This document shows positions 15,117 to 30,387 of a stretch of 64,000 bases of DNA, piece by piece. The DNA lies in assembly GCF_001194135.2 (NCBI RefSeq), contig NC_068992.1:9239593-9303592 (forward strand). Direction: 5' to 3'. Numbering within the stretch: position 1 is the first letter of the stretch; each line of letters starts with the position of its first letter. This DNA is from Octopus bimaculoides. Its lineage: Eukaryota. The position numbers and the translations under genes are program-made. Below the pieces are notes generated by a model that was not told where the DNA came from, did not search any database, and worked only from the letters and a program-made list of their open reading frames with translations.

Positions 15117-17139
15117 ACCAGTACTTGATTAATACTTTATTGATTTTAGAAGGATGAAAGGCAAAGTTGACGTCAGTGTAATTCTAACTCAGAACTCTAA
15201 GAGCCGTAGGGAATACCACAAGGCATTCTATCCGATGCTCTAACGACTCAGTAAATTCGCCAGCAATTAAGAAAGAATAAGAACTGATAACTCCTATCCA
15301 CAAAAGAAAAATACACGATAAACGAGTGTCCTCGATAGAACACTGTAAAATGTGCATAGTACAATAGATGTCATCGAAACATAACTATGTTCGTTTTTAT
15401 AACTGCCAACCGTCGACAGAATCACAGAATAAAAGCTGGACTAGTTTTGATCCCTGTTGTGCACGCACAGTCAGCTTAAACCAAGTTGCTTATTCTGTTC
15501 TGTGCCATAACATAAAAATGAAACGAACACCAGTTAACATTGAATTACTAATAATGCGTCACTTATGCAAATCGGTATTCCTAATTTAATATAGTCACTT
15601 ATAATGATAACGTTGTGGATAGTTTAAAGAAGGGTACTCGATTGCTGAAGAAATCTCAACGATAATTGGAAACAATACAGGAGATTCTGCTTTTTTTTTT
15701 GTCTACACTGGAATTGTATAAAAATAGACTTCTCTGCCAAGTGTAATTAATTAGTTTTAATGAATTTTCTCACTTAAATCTACAAGTTTATTCCATAGTA
15801 TATCATAATATTTAAAACGAATACTCCACTAATTCGTAATATTCCAGTCATTTATAAATAATCATATACACAATGAAGATGAATAATAAAACAAGAGTAA
15901 CATTTTCTATCTCTGAGATCCATGACGTGAGTTGAGTGATGGAGGACACTCATGTAATATTGTGAATACTTAATATATTACAATAGTCGTAGAGCAGATT
16001 CGTGTCATATTGGGAACTGTTTATCATATAGAAATGTCTGTTTGGTCATACGTTTACGTAATATTGTGAAATACTGTAATATACTGTAATGTATATTTCT
16101 TAGAAAGGTATAAAACATCTAAATTATAGGAGACACAGCAGGACGACACTGTGACGCATATCCTTTTCTCAAAAGAATTAGCGGCACATGAGAAATTAAC
16201 AAGTTGTAAACATAGATGATTGATTGGTATTTTTGAAGGAAAGTCTTGGAAATGTTTAGCAGCCTATCATTAGAAGTTCATTAGCAGAAATTGTACCTTT
16301 GAGTTAGATTTCTATACAATCATGTATCGAAGTTTACAGAATTACTGTCTCGAATAAACTCACTGATTTGTCTTGTTATTGGGTTAAATCTCTTGAATTC
16401 CTTAATTCAGTCAATATGTTGGAGATTAGAATTTTTGAAACAAGCCATAACGCTGGCGGCATTTCCATGAATAAATTACGATTGGAATTCACTGAGACAA
16501 CTAAGAAGCTTCTATTTATCATCGCTAGTGTCAACGAGACGATGACCAAGCTGCTTCAGTTAGACGCCAGCTGAAGAAACATGTTCGCTTATAGCAAGAG
16601 GAAGGACATTGCAAGAGCAAGAGGTTGGAAAAAGGCAGCGGTCAGTCAATTATTAATAATTGTTGCTGTTCATTATCTCCATCTTGAGACTGACGATACC
16701 TCCTCAATCGAGGATTACACAATGTGACATACATTGAAAGTGTCCTCTCCTCTTACATCTCACAGCGGACACTTCCCATATGTTTTATCTTTTATTCAAA
16801 AGAGAAGGCAACGTCAGTGACTCTTTGGGACTTGTTAGAAGGTGATATCCTCCAGCTGGAGACCTGGCCTGAATGCTCGCAAAAGAGTGGAGTCCGTTAA
16901 AGATACCCCAAAACACCAAGTGATGTTAAACAGAGTGACGGATTAAGTTTTCCATCCGAGTAGGCCTTGTTGGGGTTTCAGATCAGAACTCAAAGAGTTG
17001 GCACAGATACTGCAAGGCATCTGCTCCGGCGTTCTTATAGTTCCATCAAGCTATCGATATGGATCAATAGTTTTTTTTTTATCAACCTCCCAAAAGGATG
17101 TAAAGCAAAGTTGACTTTGCAGGGAATTGAAATTAGAAC

Positions 17140-17225
<86 letters not shown>

Positions 17226-17486
17226 TCGGAACAAATTGCTTGAAGCATTCTGCTCGACGCCATGATGATTTTACTAATTATTCGCCATGTAAAAGAAGTT
17301 ACTCCATTCAGACCCTTATTATTTGTTCTGCTGTGACAGCCCCAATTTCGGGGAGTTGATGGAACATAAACGCAAAAGACGTTGAATGAGGCGATCGATT
17401 GAGACGTGTGACGGGGGAAGCGAACGCCACTGAGTCTGCGTGGATTGGTGTTAATAGCGGGAGTCTGTCCTTACAGCGTCTCTCTT

Positions 17487-17892
17487 TTTTACTCTTTTAC
17501 TTGTTTCAGTCATTTGACTGCGGCCATGCTGGAGCACCGACTTTAGTCGAGCAAATCGACCCCAGGACTTATTCTTTGTAAGCCTAGTACTTATTCTATC
17601 AGTCTCTTTTTGCCGAACCGCTAAGTGACGGGGACGTAAACACACCAGCATCGGTTGTCAAACGATGGTGAGGGGACAAAGACAGACTCACAAATATACA
17701 CACACATATATATATATATACATATACATATATACGACGGGATTCTTTCAGTTTCCGTCTACCAAATCCACTCACAAGGCTTTAGTCGGCCCGAGGCTAT
17801 AGTAGAAGACACTTGCCCAAGGTGCCACGCAGTGGGACTGAACCCGGAACCATGTGGTTGGCAAGCAAGCTACTTACCACACAGCCACTCCT
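17487..17892 (-). mobile_element. tRNA-derived SINE, family B (CORE-like ccttgggcaag motif, internal (TA/CA)n, (AAAAGAGT)n tail)
   Basis: Reverse strand: aggagtggctgtgtggtaag...gggttcagtccc...ggcaccttgggcaagtg...tgctccagcatggccgcagtc. Many near-identical copies in the window. Confidence 0.9.
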
Positions 17893-17989
17893 AAAATCCT
17901 TCCGGAGTTGTTGGGGTAAAGAAACCTATCAATACCCTTCCTATATATATTTACTCCAAACATTTATACGCATCGCTAGTGCAAGATGT

Positions 17990-18260
17990 CATTACTTTGA
18001 TTCTAAGCTGCATCATCAAAATTACCTGAGACGATTTGGGTCAATCATTCGTATTGCAGACGTCAAGAGGGACAGCCATCTGTTGATGGATATTCATGAG
18101 CTTGAATAATTAAGTGATTCAGACAGCAGACGATAGCAACGAAAGATATGGAAAACCACAACGGACACGATGGATATCAGATACCTAATATGACTTCTCA
18201 CACATCACGTACATGGAAATGGTTTGAGCAGGAACTCAACAGGGTTCACATTATAAAAAA
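17990..18260 (+). mobile_element. Probable RTE-clade LINE C-terminal remnant
   Basis: LRRFGSIIR (cf. LRWFGHI.R) followed by RYGKPQRTRWISD (cf. R.RGRP..RW.D). Confidence 0.4.
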
Positions 18261-19031
18261 GTAGTCGCAAAAATCGAAAGTGTTTTGCGGCTGTTACGTA
18301 CATACGTACGTAAATACGCACAAACACACATATATAATATTTATATATATATGCGTGTGTGTGTGTGTTTCCTTGTTCCTGTTTGTCCCCTACTGCCGTT
18401 GACATCCGGTGCTGGATTGTTTACGTCCCCGTAACTTAGCGGTTAGGCACAAGAGACCGATGGAATAAGTACCAGGCTTTTAAAATAAATAAGTACTTTG
18501 GTAATTTGGTTCGACTAAAAAGCATTCGAGTGCGTGCCCCAGCATGGTCGCAGTCTAATGACTGAAGGCAAGCAAGAAATAAAAGAGTGGCAAGACGGGA
18601 GTAAACTCAATTTTTACAACATGAACTTTGAACGCAAACAAAGCACAAACAATGAACAAAATATTTCTTTCGTTGCCACTTCTGCCAGTCGAGATTGACA
18701 TTCTTAACGACAGCGAATGTTAATTTTATAGAGAATCTATAATATTAGTCTGCTACAGTCGAACCCTGGAAGGAAATCGAAAATACGCAATTATAGAAAC
18801 AGTATTTATTCGGAAGACAATTCACTGTTAATTTTGTAAAGAAATCGAAGACTATGTATCACACACATGACATTTCGTGTATACGCAAGGTAAGGATGTC
18901 ACTGATAAACTATGGAACGAAATTGAGGACATAATCTATTATACATACTACGCTAATAATATTTATATTATTCATAAGACAATTAACCGGAAAATAAATA
19001 TTTAAAATTATATACATATACATCCATCTAT

Positions 19032-19085
<54 letters not shown>

Positions 19086-19337
19086 GTGTGTGAGCGCGCG
19101 CGTGCGTGTGTGTCTGTATTGAGTGTGCATATGTATGTGTATGTGTGTGTATGTGTGTATGTATGTATGGGTGTGTATAAATGTGTGTATAAGTGCATGT
19201 CTATACATATATACATATATTCTAATATATATATCTTATATATATATATATATATATGTTCCTGCGTGTTTGCATATATACATGCACACGCGCACACACA
19301 CATGTATTTGTATTTATGTATATATGTATGATGTATA

Positions 19338-19372
<35 letters not shown>

Positions 19373-20827
19373 NNNNNNNNNNNNNNNNNNNNNNNNNNNN
19401 NNNNNNNNNNNNNNNNNNNNNNNNNNNNNNNNNNNNNNNNNNNNNNNNNNNNNNNNNNNNNNNNNNNNNNNNNNNNNNNNNNNNNNNNNNNNNNNNNNNN
19501 NNNNNNNNNNNNNNNNNNNNNNNNNNNNNNNNNNNNNNNNNNNNNNNNNNNNNNNNNNNNNNNNNNNNNNNNNNNNNNNNNNNNNNNNNNNNNNNNNNNN
19601 NNNNNATATAATATACATATCCATACATGTACACATATACACAAAATAGCAGGAAGATATTGGGGAGCGGTATCTCTGCCCTACTCCTCAGTCGTCCTCT
19701 CTGGGTCCCGGTTATGAAAATGGACGAAGAAAAGAGCTTCATGTCGCAGTGCAACAGAACCTTTCACTGCCTCTCTTTGAACACAACAATAAAAGAAGAC
19801 ACGATATTGAAACGATGACTATAGCATTTACTTCTCCGTGATTTCCTTTTAATAGCTATAAATATCTACTACAAGACGTCTTATGTTACGGCAACGGTGT
19901 TAAATCAGTTAATAACTACTTGGCTTATAGAGCAGCCATTATAGAAATTGGGTCACACTTTTATATCGCATGAGTCAATAGAGACAGTTAGCCATTAACA
20001 AATACTCGTGTGGCTAAATTATTAAGTGCTGTTGACGATCGTTTGATAATAAATCTGTAGCAAAAGAGGCTATGGATATCAGGTTGACATGTGGATATCA
20101 GGTTCAGCCCGATATGATTATTACTTACTACGTTATATGGTAGTATTTCATGGCAATGATTTGAGTCGGAACCTTATAAGTCTCATATTATAAGAAAGGA
20201 TCTTTAAAGATTTAGCTTCCAAAAACAAAAGATGGCAAAGGAAAAAGAACAGAGAAAGGTGTGGGGAAGTGTCAATAGAATTGGTAAATGTGCAGAGAGT
20301 TTTGCATTTAAACAGCGGATGGAAAGAAACAAAAAGAACCGACATAAAGTTATCTCTTCAAATGAATTTACGTTTAGCTTTGCTTGATAGAGTTCATGAT
20401 AAGGATAACAGAAGAAATATTTATGAACTGGCATAATTGACACAATAAGTATGTATGTATGTAAGTATGTATGCATGCATGCATGTATGTATGTATACAT
20501 GTATGTATGTATGTATACGTGTGTGCGTGTGTATGTATGTAGACAAGTATATATATATATATGTGTGTGCGTGTACACACACACACATATATGCAGGGCA
20601 TTCAAAAAGTCACAAAGGAGTCTAAAAGTTTAATAGATTTGTTTAAATTATATTTTTTCATTTGTATTTTGCAAAATGTGACCCTTCACTCCTAATGTAC
20701 ATATATTTCCTATATATATACATGTGTGTGTAAGTGTGTGTGTGCATATATATGTATATATATATTTATATATATATGTATAGTGTGTAAATATTTATTT
20801 ATACATATATTTTTTTATATACATGTA

Positions 20828-20919
<92 letters not shown>

Positions 20920-22299
20920 ATGCGTATATATATGCCTATGTGTGTTTATTTGAGTTTTTGAGTGTGTCTGTGTGTACGTGTTTGTTTGTTTGTTTGTTTG
21001 TATGTGTGTGTGTGTGCGTGTGCGTGTGCGCGTGCAAATCACAGAAGTAAGAAAGAGGGAAAACGAAGAGTCCTGTTGTCTGGTTACGAACAACCGACGA
21101 TGAGGACCGTAACGATGACGACGACAGCGACGACAATGATGATGATGATGATTAACTTGACAACGATGATGAGGGTGATGATGATATTAGAAGCGAAGAA
21201 ATATGATCAGCATTACTTACACAATTAATTTACATCATGGCCGACAAGTGGAGAAAAATATGGAAGTCTAACTTCCGGTCTAACCAGAAACGCCGTCCTC
21301 TTTAATAGGCCAAAAATATACAAACACTGACACCGAGTAAACTTATCAAATATCCACAATAATCTTGAAATAGAAATGTAAACATGATCATTATATACAC
21401 AAACACACATAACTGCTCTTTCATATCCTTATCACTCCCTTTCTCTAAAAACAATAAGAACAACAACAACACACAAACACACATTTATAGAAATTCATTG
21501 AAACGCACATTTAAAGCTATACATTTTCCTAAATACCCGTTTTCTATATCGATTTTGCGTAAACTGATTTTGCGGTTGCTTTATGCATAAATATTTTCTT
21601 TCAGAAGTCAGAGCATTTGTCGGCTGCAAAATATGCTTAAAACTACAAAAACATCTCGGTTTACAACTTCTTGGTGGGGATTAAATGTTATGGTTTTGTA
21701 CAATAGGCTTTATCTTACTGATTATTCACTATTTCGCCTCGTGTTTATTGTTTGTTATATTTTCTTTACACGTTTTTCATTGAAATTTGAATATTATTCT
21801 ATTTGTTTTTAATATAATATTAAATCTGATGCGTTCTTATATGAAGGGGGAAAAGACAAACCAAGAACAGCAATAACTGCAACAACAATCCAAAAATGCC
21901 GCTCTGAGGAATCAAAGCATACAGAAGCATACTTAAACAACCATCTTCATACGGGCGTAAAGGCCTACACGAACACACAAACACACACACACACAAGCGC
22001 GTGCGTAAATAAGCGTGTCTTAAAGAAGGGAAAGAGGAAGAATGGGAGTGTTTCTACTTTAGGTAAATAAGTAGAAAGCTTGAGTTTCTTAGAAAAGATA
22101 CGGAAGAAATGATAAATACTAACATAAAGAAGACAACTCTTCAAATACATTTACACTTATATTTCTATAATATATACACACATACATACATACATACATA
22201 CATACATGCATACATACATACATACATAAATACATACATACATACATACACACACACAGAGTAATAGGAGGGATATAATATCAAGGCATATACAAAATT

Positions 22300-22339
<40 letters not shown>

Positions 22340-22408
22340 AATAGTATATATATATATATATATGCATATATACATACATATACGTACATACTTACATATA
22401 TATGTGTG

Positions 22409-22439
<31 letters not shown>

Positions 22440-22966
22440 GCATATATGGGTACAGGACGTCACAAAACGTAAACAACATGAATTACGAATTGGCTTTGTT
22501 TTTACGTATTGAGTCTCTAGAATCGGTAGAATCGGTAGAACTTTTGGATAGAATGCCTCGCGATATTCGTAGCGTCTCTCTTTATCCGGAGTTCAAATAC
22601 TATTGGGATCAACTTTGCCTTTTATCATTTCGGGATCAGTAAGAAATACTAATTCAGGGTGGTGAATTAGTGGAACTCTTAAAGGGTCGGACAAGATACT
22701 GTGCGGTTATCTGTCAGCAATTATTAAAAGTACGAAAACGTTCTTCACCATTTCTGACAATAAATATTTTTTTGGATCTTAGTGTTGGTCGAAGATGGGT
22801 TCTAATTGTTTAGTAGTCGAATTCCAGTTCTGTTGCATTGTAAATGTTTCCTTCATCGTAATCAAGAAAAATCCCACAATATTAGAGAAATTGCCCCAGT
22901 GAAAAAATACTTTTAAGTGTATCCGGTTTAGAGAATATATATATATATAGACATATATGCATAATA

Positions 22967-22999
<33 letters not shown>

Positions 23000-25761
23000 C
23001 TATATATATATATGTGTATGTATGTATGTAAGTATATATATAGTAGTATGTTCTATTCTTCAATCTTTAATTATTTCTGCCTTGAGATTTTCATGTTCAT
23101 ATCTTCCAACTTTAGAATTTCCTATTCTTAATTTCCTCGTATTTCTTTTGATTTATATTTTTGTTTGGTTTAATCTGGTCCTGGTTTTGTAGGTCAATAG
23201 TCTGTAGGTGTTCTACGGATTGGTTTTTGTTTTGCTTCGTTGCTTACGTTTTTTTCCCTTTTTCTACTTAATAGATTTTCGTGCTTTACATTCACAATGT
23301 TTTCATGTTCTTGTGTGTTTTGTGTTGTGCTTCCGTACCACATTATTTTTTAGAATTTTATTTCACTTGCTGATTTTTTTTTCACTTTGAAAGTGAATAT
23401 TCTTAAATAAGTTTAGTCTGCTGAGATCCAACATTCCGTTTAGATCTACATTATATATTTCTTCAATATTTTATACGAAACTTTTGCCATAGTTTCTCAT
23501 TTTGGGGAGGATTTTGCGGTAAAATACAAAAGCATAATGTCCCCTTTTCCCTTTTTTACTTTCGTGTTTAATTTACGAAAATTTGATGTGTTTAGTTTGA
23601 ACCTTTTATATTATCATAATTATTGCCATTTTTATTTGTTTCTGGTATGCCGGGTTTTGTACGCACTTTTTTCGTATATCTTATATCCATCAAATTCAAA
23701 CTACACATTTTCCTTATAATCTGGATAATGCTGGCTTTACCTGTAGTTTCAATTTTTTGTTATATGTGAGAGATAAAAACCTGTCTTCAATCATCGTTCA
23801 TATTATGCGTATTTCTTTGTCTGCTACTTATTTTATCGGCTTTTTTTTGCCGAATCGCTACGTTACGTGGACGTGACCAAAACCAACACCGACTGTAAAT
23901 CGGCGGTGAGGAAGAGAGAACAAGCACAGCACAAACACAAAGACATACATACACACAAATAAACACCTATACATACATACACTCTATTCATATATATGAG
24001 GATAAAATTGAATAGTATAATTGTAACACCAATGAAAAAAGGTCAAGCTTAGCAGTCATAAACTTAATGAAAACAACATACACATAGGTAAGATCCGGTT
24101 AACTTAAATATGCGCAGAAGCTACTATAGTCACAATGAATAAATGAACTCTCTCTCTCAGGGATATGGACATAAGAGTATAAAGAAAATAAAAGCAAGTA
24201 TCATGAAACAAGTATACGGAAAGAGCATTGAAAATAAGAGAAAATACCTTCCAATGTTTACTGAAATCATAACTAAAGAAAGACAACTGGAAAAAATGAG
24301 GAGTAAAACATTACAAAACAGAAGTAGCCGAAAGTACAAGACATCTGAACGATAAGATCCTCCCTAAGTTGTAAATAATTCAGTGTTATGGAAAGCGACA
24401 AGGATTCTTTGAACGAAACAAACAGTTCAACTCCAAGCCAAACAGATTTTATCAAGAGCTCGGTAAAAATATAATAGAAATTCATGCAACATTTGCATCA
24501 AGAGAAGTAAAATAATTCTGAAGAGGATAACGAGTGAATTAATCTTCATGGATGAGATTGCACCAACACATTTGAATAATTGTGCTAGGTTATATCAACA
24601 AATCAACACATGTTCTAAGCCCCTTCAGTTGATATATAAAATAATGAATATCTGAAAACCACCAAGAAAGAATAAAATCCTAAAACTTCTGAGTGAAATA
24701 TTTAAGTGTATTTAAGTGAAATGTATAATATTTGAGTGAAGTATGTATAAATTTCAAGTAAAAATTTGAATTATGTGAAGAAAGCAGCTCTGTAGTAAAA
24801 TTTGTATCTATATAACATATTTACCATATGTGTATGGTTGAAAAACTCAAAGCTGCAGTTTTCCTCTTTATAGACGTATTGTGGAAAAAAAATAACAACT
24901 CAATATACTCCACAGCTAGGCAAAACAAAACCGCCCCAGAAGCGACTGTATTTCGTCATTGTGCGGCTTGTCAGTGTCACGTACTCATGTCATTTCCGAA
25001 ATGAGATGAATCAGTTAGTCTGAAGTATATAGAGATACGTAGTATATAAACAACTTTACACTGATTTGCAACGGTGCCGCAGAAGCAGAATAAATTCGAA
25101 TTATGCAATAGAAGCCGTTCTATAGGAAAATCTGTATCTATATAACATGTTTAATGTGTGTTGTTGTAAAGCCAAAAGCTTCCGGGGCAATTTCATTTCG
25201 TCTATCTCTGAAGTATATTGTGTTTTGTTTGATAACACAATAAATCTATAAAAATTGCAGCTTCTGGCTTTTCAACAAAATATTTATGTTAAATATGTTT
25301 TATAGAAAAAAAGATTGTTGTAAAACTATTTAAAAACAGACTGAAATAATCGGAAACAACACCTAACAAGTTAAATAAAGAGAAACTATCTGAAGTCAGA
25401 GAAGAAAAGAAACAACAAACCTTTAGCTTACTTTTCTACAACCCAGAAAGATTTAATTCTTATAATATTGTAGAAGATGTGTAAATACCAAAAACACAAC
25501 CTTATTTCTAGAAGAACGAAGGAATTTTACAATGGCTATAGCTGTAAAGATTAATTACTAATTAACAATACCAAAATCAAAAAAATCAAAGAAGAGTGAT
25601 TTGATCATGTCATAGATTGATTACCTGTAGTTTCTGGAAAGTTTCAGTGTAAGGTTGTACCAATGATAACAAAATGTATTAAACACACCATGGGTAAATG
25701 TGAAGCAAAATATGAAATTCTATGAACTAGCAGTCATCAGCATTAGAATAGGAATAGTCCA

Positions 25762-25800
<39 letters not shown>

Positions 25801-25869
25801 CTTCTTTCTTGCTGCTAACACCTTCAACCGACGCCGTTTTAAACCATACTAAATTCGGATAGATGCGCC

Positions 25870-27500
25870 AAGAAAGAACGATTACACAAATTTTATGTGG
25901 TCAACTTTTGGGAACAAGTTGTTCGCTGTAGATTATATAAACAAGAAACGCTAATTCAGAACATTTATGGCACATTAGATAAACAAAAGATAAGAGAATT
26001 AGGCCAAACTATTTTAGCAAATAGGTAGGAATTAATGAATCAGACATTGTTCGAAACGCACACAAAAAAATAAAAGGTCACTAAGGAATATTATAGATAC
26101 ATTTAATTAATAGTTAAAACATAATTAAAAGGCATCAATTATCTAGATGTAGCAGTAATATGTTATAGGTGGATGTTAAAGAATTTAGCAAGAATGGGCA
26201 TTAAAATGAAATAAAATATAATAGTTTCTAATTTAGATACTAAGGAGAAAGTCTAGTCAATACCATAAACCTCAGCACTCAATATTATTGACCCCGGAGG
26301 AATGAGAGACAAAGGTGACCAGGGCGGGATTTGAACTCAGAAAATAGGGTGGAAACAAATCCTGTAAAGCATTTTCCTGATGATTTAACGATTCTTCCAG
26401 CTGACCGTGTTCAAAACAAGAAAAATAATGACTACAGTTATTACACACAACCCCAAAGTCCGACATAGACAGATTACACTTACCGCAAATCTAGGGTTAG
26501 AAAGGGCAATTAAGATCTGTAAAATGACCAGCGTAGGACTAAAATTACTGGGAAAGGTCAATGGAAAATTAGTGGAAATAGCTACAAAATAGATAGAAAA
26601 TACTTTCTGTTATTAAGGAGGTCAATGAATATAAAAGAGAAGTTGAAATGACAATTAATTATGAAAAGGAAAAGAAGCAACAGTAGAAATTGTGAAGAAA
26701 AAGCTAAAAATTAAGTTAAAATCGAGGCTATAAAAAGCTATGATAAAATGATGGCAAGAAAATTCCCTTCATCACCAATTCACGTAAAAAAAGAAGAGAC
26801 GAGGAATAGATAAAGTAAAGGCTGAAGCCTGGATAAGAAACATAAGAATCAAAGTCGAAATCGAAGAATTATTGACTGCAACACAAGATAAAAGCCTCTC
26901 ACCAATTACCACCGAAGAGTATAATGAAGTAGAATATATTAAATAACTGCAGAAAAAGTAGAGGTGGAGAGAAACAATTAAACACAGACTAGCTAGCAGA
27001 TTGACGTTAACCGAGAAAGAATACATGTAAAGCCATTGTCAAATTTGGTGTTTTCATACAGTGGGAGTTATGCGAAGATTATTACATACCAAAAAAAAAA
27101 AAAGAAAAAAAAAGAGATCTTATAAATGTACATAAGAGTTTTTCAAAGAATGATAAAGTTGCCAGATTCTTAGATATGTACTTTCTTACAAACAAAAAGA
27201 AAGACCAAGACTAATTGGCAGGACAATGTTTTCAAGGAACACAAGGAAAGAAATGCCTCCTATTCGAAACACAATCTCAATAGATGGTATCTGGAAAAAG
27301 AAAAAAAATTGTCTGGAAATAGAGATAACCAAAATGCAGGGATTGGAAGCAGAATCAGTTCCTATAATAATTGGCGCCTTGTGAATGATTTAAAAAGATG
27401 CAGCTAACTACATATCCATCACTCTAGAGGACTTGCAAATATGCAGAAGATACAGAAAATATCACTACAAGGCACTGGATACATATTGATAGCGAACGGA
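25870..27500 (+). mobile_element. Decayed R4/Dong-like LINE fragments (post-RT region and C-terminus), SINE-interrupted
   Basis: VTKEYYRYI*LIVKT..KGIN near 26080; KMQGLEAESVPIIIGAL...IQKISLQGTGYIL at 27330-27490. Confidence 0.6.
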
Positions 27501-28779
27501 GCTGTGATCGGTAATGAGGTGGCAGCATGCAATAAAAATAAAATCCTTAAGTAGTAATTATTTCTTCTAAAAGCACGAGCCTGCAATTTTGGGAAATTCC
27601 AGTGTTCAACTGGTACTTATATCGACCCCATGCTCAACTGGCACTTATATCGATCCCCATACTCAACTAGGTGATGTTTAAGAATACTGGAGGACATTGC
27701 ACACAAAATAACGCTATTTGGTTGCCCTGAAAATTGTCCTGTAACACACATCAGTTATCAATGAATCAAGCACAACTCGCCTCCTCGCTAAACGAGAAAA
27801 TGTTGACGCATATCCAAGTAATACTGTGACTTAATGCTAAGAATTTTATTTCGTATACATAATGTATTAAAAAAAAGTGTTCATACAGGGTCGGTGATCG
27901 GCCCATGTGTTAAGAAGCTAATGGAAGACATCTCATATTAAAGTCAGATCTCATATTAATATCACATGGATAACATTTCATATTAATATCAAACTGATTT
28001 ATTCCCCTCACAAAAAATGACATGCAAAAAAAAAAGAAAAATTAGAAAATAAGCAATCCACATCATTCACCCCTCGGTTAAAAGAGGACTGCGTGATTGG
28101 AATTGAATTTTATGCATAACATGTATGGAAATTACCGCACACATAACTCGACATCACCATAGACCAATAAACAGGTATGTGATGAAAATAACGATAATTT
28201 GAAAATAAATTGCCGGCTTTACTTCTTAAGTTTCGTAAAGGAAAGAAAAAAGACACATATAGACAAAAAAGGAATATGTTTCTATTTTACATGCGCTTTT
28301 TACAGCTACATTGTACTCCAAAAATGAAGCTACAAAATTTTCGCATAAAATTCAGATAGCAAAGGACACTGATCTCAAAGTAATTTTGAATTCCAACAGA
28401 TTTGCTAATATAAAAAGAAAATTATCTAGACGCAAAAGATATCAGACAACGAAAGAATGCATAAAAGCAATTCAAATAACGAATTAAAAACAAAGTGAAT
28501 ATTGAAAACGTAAATCACAAAGATAGACCTGACATGTGCAAAAGAATGTGAATAACGAAAGCCAACAAAGCTAAACGCTAGAATGCATAGAGAAAACTAA
28601 CCGAACCAGAATAAAAACAAAATAAGAACGACTAGAAACTCAAATACAGATAGTGCATGGATTTATTAGAAGAATTGATATGCGGTTCCGGTTAGGAATA
28701 TATGCGAAAGTAACATCAAAGAGGAGAAAATTAATGAAGAGCATTAATGACATGTTATATAAAGAAAAAGACATAAAGA

Positions 28780-29270
28780 GAAGAAATCCAATAGAAAGAG
28801 ATAAGAGAATTAGATCTGATACAGACTGACAAATATTTAAGAATTAATGAACCTGGTAGAGAACAATACAAGCACATGAAAGAAAAGGTTACTAAGGAAT
28901 ATTATAGACACGTTAAATTAATACTTAAACAGAACTAAATGAAAAGAAAAATTGGTTAAAGGCATCAATACTCGACCTAATCTAGAAATAATTTACAGTT
29001 ATTATCAAATGGATGCAAATAGAAAAAACAAGAGGACTGTAAAATTTGGAAAATGATGACTGCATTTAGAAATTACCAACTAAAATCGGATAAACATTAT
29101 ATTTACAATAAATACAAGCATGCAGGGGTTTTATTCAGTCAGAAAACAATCTTAAAAATATCTAAAGTGGGACTAGGAAAATATGTGATGGAAAACAGTG
29201 GACGATTAATTATAAAGATAGTTAAAAATACGACCAATAATAGAAATAAAGGAAAGAAACTACATAAGCC
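28780..29270 (+). mobile_element. Second decayed R4/Dong-like post-RT fragment
   Basis: EKVTKEYYRHVKLILK near 28880, homologous to the 26080 segment. Confidence 0.55.
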
Positions 29271-29623
29271 CAGGTAGATTTGAAACCAAAAGAAAAAGAA
29301 CGGGGGTTAATATAGCAAGGGATCATGTGCTACGATCTAACGATTCTACCGATTCTTCACCTATATTTAGCGCAAAAACTGAAAAAAAAATATTGCATAG
29401 GTGCAAGCGTGGCAAGCGGTAAGAAGTTCGTTACTTAACCACGTAGCTTTGAGTTCAGTCCCTCAAAGTGGTACCTCGGGCGAGTGTCTTTTATTGTAGC
29501 CCCATGCCGACCAACGCCTTGTGAGAGTGGATGTGTTAAATGTCATATATATATATACATACACACAGACACACACACACATACACACACATATATACAT
29601 ATATATATATATACACACACACA

Positions 29624-29721
<98 letters not shown>

Positions 29722-29768
29722 CACATGCACACCTATATATGTATATATATATATATATATACACAAGC

Positions 29769-29799
<31 letters not shown>

Positions 29800-29934
29800 C
29801 ACACACCTATATATATATATGTAGGTATTTATTAGGTACTTATGCTTATGTGTGGTTATGTGTTTGTGTTTGTTTTACTAGTTGTTAACCAGTATTGGTT
29901 TGTTTACTTCTGCGTACATATTTCTATCTGTGCG

Positions 29935-30025
29935 CATCCACTCATCCATCCACGCACCCATCCATCCATCTATCCAGGCAACTATCGACCCATCCAACCT
30001 GCCAGTCATCCATCCATCCGTCCAT

Positions 30026-30058
<33 letters not shown>

Positions 30059-30075
30059 TAGCCAGCCAGCCAGCT
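29935..30075. repeat. (CATC)n grading into (CAGC)n
   Basis: Direct reading. Confidence 0.9.
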
Positions 30076-30277
30076 ATCTATACATTTAGCCAGACACGCT
30101 GAGAGATTAATCCCTATCCTTATGTATCTATTCATACATGTACACGCATACCAATATTCGAGTACACGCACACACACACATACATACACACCGTAATAAT
30201 GTTATGCACAGCCTCAAGAAAGAATTATGATATATCCCTAGCTGTATGGCTACCACTAACCATAATTGCATATACAT

Positions 30278-30308
<31 letters not shown>

Positions 30309-30346
30309 TACATACACACACACACGCATATATATATATACGCACA

Positions 30347-30387
<41 letters not shown>

